Source: Reclinomonas americana ATCC 50394
Taxonomy: Eukaryota
NCBI GenBank assembly: GCA_048213135.1
Contig: PS015010.1
Location: 1,364,001-1,428,000 of the forward strand
DNA: 64,000 nt
Direction: 5' to 3'
The position numbers and the translations under genes were made by a program. The notes beneath the pieces are model-generated. The model ran no database searches, was not told the origin of the DNA, and saw only the letters and a list, made by a program, of their open reading frames with translations. Positions 9,662-18,675 of the stretch are shown here, piece by piece; positions within the stretch are counted from its first letter, which is position 1; every line of letters begins with the position of its first letter.

Positions 9662-12600
9662 TTATTGGTCAACCGCTTTTTGCAGATGACTCCTGGTTTC
9701 TTTGATCGTTTTCACTCCTTTAAGTGTTTCTTTTTTTACACGGGCCAGTGTACCGTCATCATCATATTCGTAGAATGTGCTGTAGTTATTTTCATCCAGC
9801 TCGCTCATCAGGCGCAGGTTTTGCGGATGATAAACAAAGCTCTTCATATTGGCATTGAATGGATGAATACGAACATCATCAAACCAGGCCTGGGCAGATC
9901 CGGTATTCATAAGGTCTACCGCTATACGGGTGGCCGTTGCAGGAATGTCAAACACCCCTTCATACCGCTGCCATCCTTCTATTATACTTCCGGCCGGGGT
10001 AAACTCACTGACCGTGGAGCCTCCGGTGTAGCTGATCCGTATTTTATTATTGGTATAAGTACTGCATTTGCAATCGTTACCACCTACACGCACCCAGGCA
10101 CTGACAACCATTTTACGCCCCTGTACCAGGGAAAATGTATCAGTAAGCGCATTCCCGCGAACATTAACGGAGTCGGTTTTGGTACACCAGCTGGTCGTGG
10201 TCACTACTGTACCACTGGCATCACCTGTCCTGTCTGGCATATACACCTGCGCATTAGGGACCGGCTGCCAGTTCGCAGGATCTGAAGGTGTTTTCCATGC
10301 CAGGCGGGCAAAGTGATCCCCTTTATTATCGAAGAATTCCATCCTCACTTTATATAGTTGTCCTGCAGTAAGTGTTACTGCTGCCGTGGTGGTATTGGCT
10401 CCCCAGTTACAATCCCAGCGATAGGCCAATTGCTGCGTGGAACCATTGACATCGATGTAAAGTTTATAGCCGTCATCGGCGCTGACAAGGAAACTGTAAC
10501 TGCCGGTAACAAGCGGTTGTACATAACCTTCCCAGCGTACTGCAAACCTGTCTCCGTTGACCCCGCCAGGCAAACCAAAATTGGTTCCGAAGTTGATCTG
10601 CTCATTCAGCCGTACAGCCGCCGGAGATCCATTGAGCGCGCTGTTGGCATTATTAGCCGCCGTATTGCAGGTACCGAAAAGACCTACTGAAAAATTGTAG
10701 TACTGACCCCTGAAGCCGGTACCTCTCGGTGTTACGGCAGTGGTTGAGTAACTGGATGAGTCTACCTTGATACGAACGCTGTATGGCTTATCCAATGTGG
10801 AGGCAGACACTACGGGAGCATTGAAACTGTATGTCTGCCCCCCGTTAAGTTTCAGACTTTTTTTACCGGTATGCTTTTGACTGCCATCAAGGTAGGCTTG
10901 TATATTATTCATATTGACATGCCGCCTGGGTGTACAGGTTTCGGAACAGGAATTGGTCTGGTAATCGTAATCTTCAAATCCGTCAAACATGGATTCCATG
11001 TAACGGGAGTTACCGGTAACCGCAACCGGCATTTGCTGGTTATAACCGTAAAGACCAGAGTTGTACCTGTCGAGCGGGTCTTTATTTTCTATCTCGTATC
11101 CCTTACGGTTATACTGAGTAATGGCACTGTTCCACACCCATACATCTGCTGCCGCATTATTTCTGCTGACATACTGCGCCACTGACGGTGCAAAGGACCA
11201 GAAACTCTTGTAGTTGATAATTGTACCTCCACTGCGCTGGTCAACCGGGCTGCCATCAATCACTGTATTCTCTTTTTTCTCTCCGTAATAAACGAACGTG
11301 GTATCAATTCTCCAATTGCCCCATATACCTTCCACGTAAGGATTTACAGATTTGCGCTGCGTAAACAGCGAGCGGCACTCCAGGATGCGCTGATCCACGA
11401 TATCACAAAGGATCAGTTTATTAAGCAGTGTATCATTTACGGGGATAGACGCGTTAGCCACAGGTCCGTCACCTCCCTTCAGTGCGCCAAAAGGCAGGGC
11501 GGCAAAATGACAACTGTAGCTGCGGTTCGTATCTCCGCATACATAATAGTATACGTCAAGCTGGGGCGCCCGGTAAGAAGTGGTGTTGGAGTAAAAACAC
11601 TGGAACGCCTGTATCCATTTCTTTTTATCAATACTGATATCCCCATCTGCTCCCGAAGAGCGTGTGATCATGGCCCTCAGACCAACAGACTGACCTATTG
11701 AAGCGGAGGTAAACATCTCTCTTACGGAGCTGGCTGTTATGGGTACCCGCCTGTCGGTACTCGATAAAGTATAGCTGACAGCGCTGCTGGGTGCCGTTTC
11801 CGCAATAACGCCCGACCAGTTGTTCCAGTCATGGAGTGTTTTTCCTGCATCGATAAAGATATTTCTCCATTGTGCCTGCTGTTGAGACAGGGTTCCTGTT
11901 GGCCAGTTGGTCTTCATTCTGAGCAGTGAAATATTGTTGATCATTACCGGGCTGCTGGTATTGCCATCGCGGCTGCGGTGCGAAATGGAGTTGTTATGCA
12001 GACCAGGATGGAAGTTGTTGTTGGCTGCATAATCGGTATGTGCCCACAGATTAAGCCTGCCCTGGTATACGACAGCACCGGAAGGCAGCGGGTTAGCATT
12101 GAGGTTAAACTGCATCCACTGATCGAAATTCTGTGTAGTGGAGTGGTCTCCGGGCCTGCGGGTAGCATAGCGTCTTACATTGAGTGAAGACTGGTTTTCC
12201 TGGAACCCGAAAGAACCATAATCGATTCCATGCGAGATGTTGGTTGTAGCCCATACAGCCTGTGATTTAACTGAAGGATAAGCCGCACACTTGATACGGG
12301 CATATACATTTCTTTTTATAATGGAATCAAACAGGAAGAAAGCATTGTCTACCCGCCAGTGATCTTTAAAGGTGGCGGCTGTTGTTTGCAGGATATTGGT
12401 AGCGTCTGTAAATTCCAGCTGGCCGGTCGCCGCATTAACGGGATTACTGAGGGATAAAACAGACCCCAGTGAAGTACCGCCCATATTACGTTTACCTGAA
12501 CGAACGATACGCATTTTTACATTGACTGCCGAGTAAGGATTGCCATTCGCATCAAGGAATACCCACTGAGGTGTTAGACTGGATGCTTTACCGGTGTATA

Positions 12601-15600
12601 CGGCCCATATTTTCTTGGCCGTGTTTTTGGGTATTGGTAAGGGGTCACAGGGGAGGTTGCTTCCCGGACCCGCGGACTGCTGAGATTCTACCATGATCTC
12701 ATCCCCGCTTTCCAGCAGGTTCATATCAACAGGGGAACCGGCATCCAGCTTTCCATTACGGAATGTAACGCTGTTGTAGGCTACATCAATATTTTTGTAG
12801 GCCATGCCCATACCGCTATAGGCCCAGTGTGCTGGGTAAGTGAAACTATAAACCGGTTTGTTATGCTCATTGTTGGTCCGGACAAGCAGTGGATCCCCGG
12901 TCTCCGCGTCGAATACCAGGTTCTTTGTACTTACCATGCTTCCTTTGTCCACAGCTACGATACTGTCGAGCATAGAATAGTGATTCACCACTTTCAGTAC
13001 GGCCGATGAACGGTAAATATTGGATTCCTTAACAACCGGTTTCCAGGTTGTGGGAATAGGAATAGGGATGAATACGCCGGAGATAACGTCGATATTGAAA
13101 TTGATATTGGTCGTGATGGTTTGCTGGTTATGCTCCCTGAAATCGGTCATCAGCTCTATTTCCCTGCCAATAATACTCTGCTGTACCTTTCCGTCGGCGC
13201 CTGCAATAACCGGGAACTGGTGATTCAGTTTGAAATCATTATCCCCGGTCTTAATCACACTGTAAAAATTCTCGGTATAGGCAATTGGGTCATTGAGGTT
13301 GTTGGGAGAATACGTAGCCTGTTTTCTCAATTTGCCATTCATATCATTCAGGTCTATTTTAAAACCCTGGCTCAGTGCCACTGCCGTTTTAAGGTTTGCT
13401 TTCAGCAGTTTATCCAGCGCGCCGGATTCGTACCTGTCCTCAGCATCGTATTCTGTCAGGGGGGTGTAAGCCGAAACGGTTGGAAATTCTCTTGTTGTAT
13501 AAAAATCAGAAACAGAAATACCCGGATTATTTTTTACGGTATCGCGATGTATACTGCGGGTCTCCACTCTGCTGTAACCTACCATGGCCGAAGGGTACAG
13601 CATTTCTGCCAGTGGTGTTTCCATTACCCGGTAATCATAATCGGCTTTAGGTGTTTTATTATAAAACTCCATTCCCTGGCGATGGGTATTTTCTTCCGCA
13701 CCAAGCGCGGGTTCCCAACTGGCAACGCCGCTGCTGATGGTTTCCAGCACACCATTCACGAGTTCTTTTTTGGTATAAAAATATTCCTGGCCATAGGTAG
13801 CGTTCAGCATACCGTCGCTGGCACCGGGATTACTGCGGGTCATTTTGTCCCAGTTGTCATTGATCACTACTTTCTTTACCCGGAGACCTCCTCCCAGTTT
13901 TTTACTGTCAGGATTGGTCAGGCGCACAAAGCTTTTTGCCGGTTCGGTATACTTGCACTTTCCTTCCTGTATCATCAGTTTCATCCCCCCGTTAAATACT
14001 TCTTTAAAGGAATGGAATAATCCGCCCAATGCTTTTACTACTGCTTTCAATCCGCTCTCTTCGCTTACATCATAACCCGGATAGGCTTTAGAAGGCAGGC
14101 TGGACTTCAGGAACTGCAGGGAGTAATGTACCATTGGGGAATAACCCGACAACAGCCTTTTTACCTTCAGGTATATTGTTTTCTTAGCAGGGTCGCTGGC
14201 AACGAGCCCCCATCCTTCTACCTGGGCATACACAGGTATCAACTCGTAACCACTGCCCATTTTATCCTGTGGCACCTGCACCGCCAGTTTCATATACACC
14301 TGGTTGCTTTTTGGCATATTGGCGAGGTACCAGTTCTTCACCTGGTCTGTAATCGCAGCGCCTGTTGCTGTTATAGCCCTGGGAACTTTAACATAGATAT
14401 AGTCATAATTGGAAGTAACTCCATCATATAATTTATTGGAAGTGTACTGAGAAGCCCCTGGAGCGTCTGTTGTCCCGAAACCGGCGATGGTCATCATATT
14501 GGCCGCTTTCCTGTCCTGTACATAAGCATAGTCATCAGATTCGTATTCCACATTAATAGCAGAGCCGGAAGGCAGTATTACCTGGTTCATAGTCCAGGCT
14601 TTTACATACTCATTTGTTTTTACCGGGTCCTGGTCAGTATACGGAAAATCGGAATTGGTAAGTGAACCGGATGGCGGATCAGCCTTATAGTTGCCCCACC
14701 TGTCGTTGGCCGTAAAACTGTAATCGGGGTTCTTTGCCGCATCGGTTGGATAATTGAAACGGTAATAGTTCCTTTTTACTTTATTATTGCCATTATACGT
14801 GAAATATATCCTGCGCAATGTGAGTTTACCGTAACCGCTTAATGATCCCGGGGCATTCTTACACAGCGAATAATCGTATTCGAAAACAACCGTCTTTACC
14901 GGTTTGGGGTTGACTGGATTTTTCAGCAACTCTCCTTTCGTGAACAGGGATATCTTAGATAACCGGTAAGCGCCAAAACCCGCATCAGGTGTACCATTTT
15001 CATCAATAACAGACCGGGCATCCTTCCTGTCGTTACGTACATAAAAACGGGCCACCATGTTTTTGGATTCAATGGAATAGAGATACCACATTTCCCTTTC
15101 GCCATATACATAATGGGCTTTATCATCATTTTTATCGGTCTTCAATCCTTCATTCAGTGAAGCGGTATTCGTGCCAGCAGGTGTACGCCAGCGGAGGTTA
15201 ACATCCGATTTTGAATAATTGAATTTTACCGCATCGCCCATGTCATCTTCGGTAATTCCATCTCCTTTTGTATCTACGTAATTCGGTGACAGTAAAGCGG
15301 TGAGCAGGTAAGAGTGGGCATATGGTGGCATTTCCTGTTTCTCCACGAAGCCCTCTTTTCCTTCATTATTGCTGCCCGCCATATTATCCACGCCCGGAGT
15401 GTAATTGACTGTCGGGTTATTGGTACCGTTACCTCCGGCACTGCCTTTTTTGTTGAATGTAACATCTACCTGTTTGGTATTGTATACAGGGATATCATAA
15501 ATATAGCGCCGTCCGTCCTGCATGGTTACATCGATCTCGGATACGTGGTGCGATTTACGTAACCCTGCAGGGCCGCCGTCGAGCCTTTTCATCTGTTGCC

Positions 15601-17485
15601 AGCGTCTGTCATTGCAACCAAATAATACCTGGCTGGAGTCTTCCGACAGCCTGGCAAAAGTGATCTGTTTGTTAAGCCCTACCCTGTCTGCTTCCGACGC
15701 ATCAAGAAAAGATATAACCTGCGTGCGTTTATCGCGTTTTTTAAGTGTTGCCAGGGTATTGATCTGAAGATCGGGTTTACGCTGCAGCATATCGGAATAA
15801 CGGATGAAGGAAGGCACCAGCGTTGGTGAACCATTGCCTGTATTGGTCATTTTCAGGCGCACCAGGTCTTCTCCTCCTATCGCGTCCTGGTAAGCGAGAT
15901 CCGGAATAGCTTTCTCGCCCGGATTTTTAAAATATACCGACTGGTAAGCACCGGCGGATTCTTTGTATTCCATCGCTTTTTTAGCGAGGTTTCCTTTTTC
16001 CCATCCACCGGAAGATGATGGCGTAAGCACCACATTGGCATTGATGGCGCCATGGCCGTAGCCACCGGCACCCAACTCAAAGCCCAGGTGGGCGGATGTA
16101 CCTTTATTTTCGAGATAAGAATCCTGCATAAAACCGAGATCTCCCCGGTACGCCCGGAAAGAACCGCCGGTACCTTCGCCGGTGATACTGTATACGTCGT
16201 ACGTGTATACCGGAACAGCAATAGCCGGCGTGCCCGGCGTATATACACCATCGTTGAGGCGGTTAAAATCCATCAGGGCATTTTTATCGTTTTGCCCTTT
16301 CTGGAGATACAGCATACCGTACGCGGGCTGGCTGATCTTAATATCTTCTTCTTTGATCCACCGGCGGGTATAATAGCCCCCCAGGCGAAGGTGACCAAAT
16401 ATGCCCCAGCCTGAAGCGCCAAAACCAAGATCGAGATCATAATTCTCGCTCGATGTCCTGCTGCGCATAGAGGGTGTAAAAGACGGGTAGGCAAAACTGA
16501 TGCTCGTACCCATTGTGGGGTTCACCTGCACATCCCCCTTGGCAATGGAGTACTGGCTTTTATCAGCGCTGTTCATATTCTTTACTTCCGCAGAAATGTG
16601 CAGGGCTTGTAACCCTTGCCGGGAGTGCGTTCCAATGCTTGCAGACAAAGAGCCGTTCAGTCCTTTCGTATTGTTATCACCAATTGAAATGTTGAATGTA
16701 GAGCTTCCGCCCGACTGTGAGTTAGCGCTCAGTTTCCAGCCGAAGCTTAATGGGGCTGTTTTAGCATCCCCCGACTTGCCGCCAATGCTGATCGCCGGAT
16801 TAACACCCGCTTCAAGGCCGATACCCCGCATGCTGTTATGAAATATACCCCCATCGATACCTATACCCAGCGCACCGCCGAATATTTCAATACGTCCGCC
16901 TACATTAACACCAAATGTTTTATCGGGTTTGGTGAACTGGCTTTTGGTAATAATATCGCTGCCATTAAAATCATCTGGCAAACCCCGCATATTGCGCATG
17001 ATGGTACCTGGGTTGATGTTCCATCCCAAGCCAACCCAGCTGGCTTCCTGGTCCATGGAAATACCACTGTTGTAAAAGATGTTAACCGGGTAACCGCCTA
17101 CATCGAGCAGGGGTATATTATAAGAGAAATCACCGGAAAAAGGATCGACCAGGTTATCCGCACCTACCGGCTTAAAAGCCGACATTTCGGGCTGGGAAGG
17201 GCCGCCGATGAATGTTTTTTTCGGTGTCTTTTTACCGGAAGCCTTCACCGGCATTCCTGCAGGCCGTGCAGGTCTTGTGCCATCGCCGGGGCCACCAGGC
17301 ATTAAAGCGTTTAATTTCTTTACAGGTGAATATGCCGGAGCATAAGCATTGCGTATCCTGTTTTCCCTGTTCACTGCAGGTGCATAATTATTTCCGTATA
17401 CCAGGGAACAAAACCCGGGCAGGAAGAAAATATACACAAGTGAAAATGCGATTTTCCTGGAATGTGCTGATAAAAACAATAACAT
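9662..17485 (-). CDS. 2607-aa YD-shell protein (TcB/SpvB-like N-terminus) with PA14 and other binding domains, no RHS core
   Basis: Signal peptide; LVDPFSGDFSYNIPLLDVGGYPVNIFYNSG..ASWVGLGWNINPG; WYLYSIES; INVEYESDDY; PA14 (FAVRWEGYVQPLVTGSYSFLVSADDGYKLYI..YKVRMEFFDNKG); ends DENNYSTFYEYDDDGTLARVKKET. Confidence 0.85.
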   Translation of the reverse strand: MLLFLSAHSRKIAFSLVYIFFLPGFCSLVYGNNYAPAVNRENRIRNAYAPAYSPVKKLNALMPGGPGDGTRPARPAGMPVKASGKKTPKKTFIGGPSQPEMSAFKPVGADNLVDPFSGDFSYNIPLLDVGGYPVNIFYNSGISMDQEASWVGLGWNINPGTIMRNMRGLPDDFNGSDIITKSQFTKPDKTFGVNVGGRIEIFGGALGIGIDGGIFHNSMRGIGLEAGVNPAISIGGKSGDAKTAPLSFGWKLSANSQSGGSSTFNISIGDNNTKGLNGSLSASIGTHSRQGLQALHISAEVKNMNSADKSQYSIAKGDVQVNPTMGTSISFAYPSFTPSMRSRTSSENYDLDLGFGASGWGIFGHLRLGGYYTRRWIKEEDIKISQPAYGMLYLQKGQNDKNALMDFNRLNDGVYTPGTPAIAVPVYTYDVYSITGEGTGGSFRAYRGDLGFMQDSYLENKGTSAHLGFELGAGGYGHGAINANVVLTPSSSGGWEKGNLAKKAMEYKESAGAYQSVYFKNPGEKAIPDLAYQDAIGGEDLVRLKMTNTGNGSPTLVPSFIRYSDMLQRKPDLQINTLATLKKRDKRTQVISFLDASEADRVGLNKQITFARLSEDSSQVLFGCNDRRWQQMKRLDGGPAGLRKSHHVSEIDVTMQDGRRYIYDIPVYNTKQVDVTFNKKGSAGGNGTNNPTVNYTPGVDNMAGSNNEGKEGFVEKQEMPPYAHSYLLTALLSPNYVDTKGDGITEDDMGDAVKFNYSKSDVNLRWRTPAGTNTASLNEGLKTDKNDDKAHYVYGEREMWYLYSIESKNMVARFYVRNDRKDARSVIDENGTPDAGFGAYRLSKISLFTKGELLKNPVNPKPVKTVVFEYDYSLCKNAPGSLSGYGKLTLRRIYFTYNGNNKVKRNYYRFNYPTDAAKNPDYSFTANDRWGNYKADPPSGSLTNSDFPYTDQDPVKTNEYVKAWTMNQVILPSGSAINVEYESDDYAYVQDRKAANMMTIAGFGTTDAPGASQYTSNKLYDGVTSNYDYIYVKVPRAITATGAAITDQVKNWYLANMPKSNQVYMKLAVQVPQDKMGSGYELIPVYAQVEGWGLVASDPAKKTIYLKVKRLLSGYSPMVHYSLQFLKSSLPSKAYPGYDVSEESGLKAVVKALGGLFHSFKEVFNGGMKLMIQEGKCKYTEPAKSFVRLTNPDSKKLGGGLRVKKVVINDNWDKMTRSNPGASDGMLNATYGQEYFYTKKELVNGVLETISSGVASWEPALGAEENTHRQGMEFYNKTPKADYDYRVMETPLAEMLYPSAMVGYSRVETRSIHRDTVKNNPGISVSDFYTTREFPTVSAYTPLTEYDAEDRYESGALDKLLKANLKTAVALSQGFKIDLNDMNGKLRKQATYSPNNLNDPIAYTENFYSVIKTGDNDFKLNHQFPVIAGADGKVQQSIIGREIELMTDFREHNQQTITTNINFNIDVISGVFIPIPIPTTWKPVVKESNIYRSSAVLKVVNHYSMLDSIVAVDKGSMVSTKNLVFDAETGDPLLVRTNNEHNKPVYSFTYPAHWAYSGMGMAYKNIDVAYNSVTFRNGKLDAGSPVDMNLLESGDEIMVESQQSAGPGSNLPCDPLPIPKNTAKKIWAVYTGKASSLTPQWVFLDANGNPYSAVNVKMRIVRSGKRNMGGTSLGSVLSLSNPVNAATGQLEFTDATNILQTTAATFKDHWRVDNAFFLFDSIIKRNVYARIKCAAYPSVKSQAVWATTNISHGIDYGSFGFQENQSSLNVRRYATRRPGDHSTTQNFDQWMQFNLNANPLPSGAVVYQGRLNLWAHTDYAANNNFHPGLHNNSISHRSRDGNTSSPVMINNISLLRMKTNWPTGTLSQQQAQWRNIFIDAGKTLHDWNNWSGVIAETAPSSAVSYTLSSTDRRVPITASSVREMFTSASIGQSVGLRAMITRSSGADGDISIDKKKWIQAFQCFYSNTTSYRAPQLDVYYYVCGDTNRSYSCHFAALPFGALKGGDGPVANASIPVNDTLLNKLILCDIVDQRILECRSLFTQRKSVNPYVEGIWGNWRIDTTFVYYGEKKENTVIDGSPVDQRSGGTIINYKSFWSFAPSVAQYVSRNNAAADVWVWNSAITQYNRKGYEIENKDPLDRYNSGLYGYNQQMPVAVTGNSRYMESMFDGFEDYDYQTNSCSETCTPRRHVNMNNIQAYLDGSQKHTGKKSLKLNGGQTYSFNAPVVSASTLDKPYSVRIKVDSSSYSTTAVTPRGTGFRGQYYNFSVGLFGTCNTAANNANSALNGSPAAVRLNEQINFGTNFGLPGGVNGDRFAVRWEGYVQPLVTGSYSFLVSADDGYKLYIDVNGSTQQLAYRWDCNWGANTTTAAVTLTAGQLYKVRMEFFDNKGDHFARLAWKTPSDPANWQPVPNAQVYMPDRTGDASGTVVTTTSWCTKTDSVNVRGNALTDTFSLVQGRKMVVSAWVRVGGNDCKCSTYTNNKIRISYTGGSTVSEFTPAGSIIEGWQRYEGVFDIPATATRIAVDLMNTGSAQAWFDDVRIHPFNANMKSFVYHPQNLRLMSELDENNYSTFYEYDDDGTLARVKKETLKGVKTIKETRSHLQKAVDQ

Positions 17486-17522
17486 ACGATACAGTTAATG
17501 ATGATAACTACTTATTCTATTC

Positions 17523-18620
17523 TTATTGATCGCCGAAATTTTTGATCCTGAACAACACACTGTTCCGCTCCCCTGCTGAATTGATGATCTCCGCTTTGTA
17601 TGTATTCTCTTCGGTTAATGGCAATATTTTTTTCAGGTTGAACTGCAACTGGTTCTCTCCCCTCACTATTTTCACTCCCCTGATCTGGCGGGTTTGGCGG
17701 CCGTCTGAAAGATCGGTAAGCACAATATTCACGGAAGAGTCGCGAGAACGGTTGAAATAAGAAAGTTTGAGAAAGCCGTTCGGGGCGATACCGAGTTCAG
17801 GTTCAGGTTTCATTTTCATGAAAGGTGCTCCCATGACAACCGGGCTGATAATGCTGTCTTTCTTTATTTTGAATACCCACACTTCACTTTTACCGGCATA
17901 ATTCCTGTCGTCTCTTGCTATGATCTGCCATGCATACCATTTTTCTTTTTCAAAAGAAGATGCCGAGGCGGGATAATTCATCATATTCGTATACAGCATA
18001 CCGTCATTATAGAAAGGCATATTTTCCTGTAAGGCTTCCGGAGCTTTTTGTCCTTCCTTTATTTCGGTCACCATCATTTCATAACGAAGGTTTCCAAACA
18101 TGCCGGCCGGCAATGGCGGCGTCCAGGAAAACTGGGTGGGCGCATTCTCAAGTACGGAACTGTCGGCAGGGAATATGAGCATAGGCGGCGTTAAAGGCTC
18201 CACATCAAACTGGATACACTCCTCCGCCAGCCGAATCTCCTTCAACCCGGTGGCATTTAAGGCATAACAGGCCGTATACATTCCTGCCGGAAGCAATCCC
18301 TGTAACCGGGAATCCATCCCGGATACCAGGTAATTGTACTGTACCGGTTCCAGCATGCCCACATTCAGTTGCCGGGCGCCCTGGGAAAGCATGAACTGTC
18401 CCGATGTGGCGGTCATCACTTCCTGGCCCGTCTGCCGGTCGCGTATCACCAGTTCAAGCCGGCAATCATAAGGCGCATTGCTGCTGTTCACAACGAGCAC
18501 ATTCCACAGCTGGTTTTTCTGTATCATTCCAACAGCGGCGATATTTGGCTGCAAGGTTACCTGCGCCTTCGCGGCAGCCAGGGAACAGCAACTGAAAAGC
18601 AAGAGCAATAATTTTTTCAT
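17523..18620 (-). CDS. Secreted FN3/Ig-like domain protein (~365 aa), weakly T9SS-CTD-like C-terminus
   Basis: Likely start MKKLLLLLFSCCSLAAAKAQ at 18620 (track start 18647). FN3-like PPMLIFPAD..TQFSWTPP..YEMMVTEI..YAWQIIA..SEVWVF; C-terminal beta-sandwich. Confidence 0.7.
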   Translation of the reverse strand: MKKLLLLLFSCCSLAAAKAQVTLQPNIAAVGMIQKNQLWNVLVVNSSNAPYDCRLELVIRDRQTGQEVMTATSGQFMLSQGARQLNVGMLEPVQYNYLVSGMDSRLQGLLPAGMYTACYALNATGLKEIRLAEECIQFDVEPLTPPMLIFPADSSVLENAPTQFSWTPPLPAGMFGNLRYEMMVTEIKEGQKAPEALQENMPFYNDGMLYTNMMNYPASASSFEKEKWYAWQIIARDDRNYAGKSEVWVFKIKKDSIISPVVMGAPFMKMKPEPELGIAPNGFLKLSYFNRSRDSSVNIVLTDLSDGRQTRQIRGVKIVRGENQLQFNLKKILPLTEENTYKAEIINSAGERNSVLFRIKNFGDQ

Positions 18621-18675
18621 TGATATATTTTTATTGTTCCGGATCATGCTTATTTTTTTCGGGCAGCCCTCTTAT

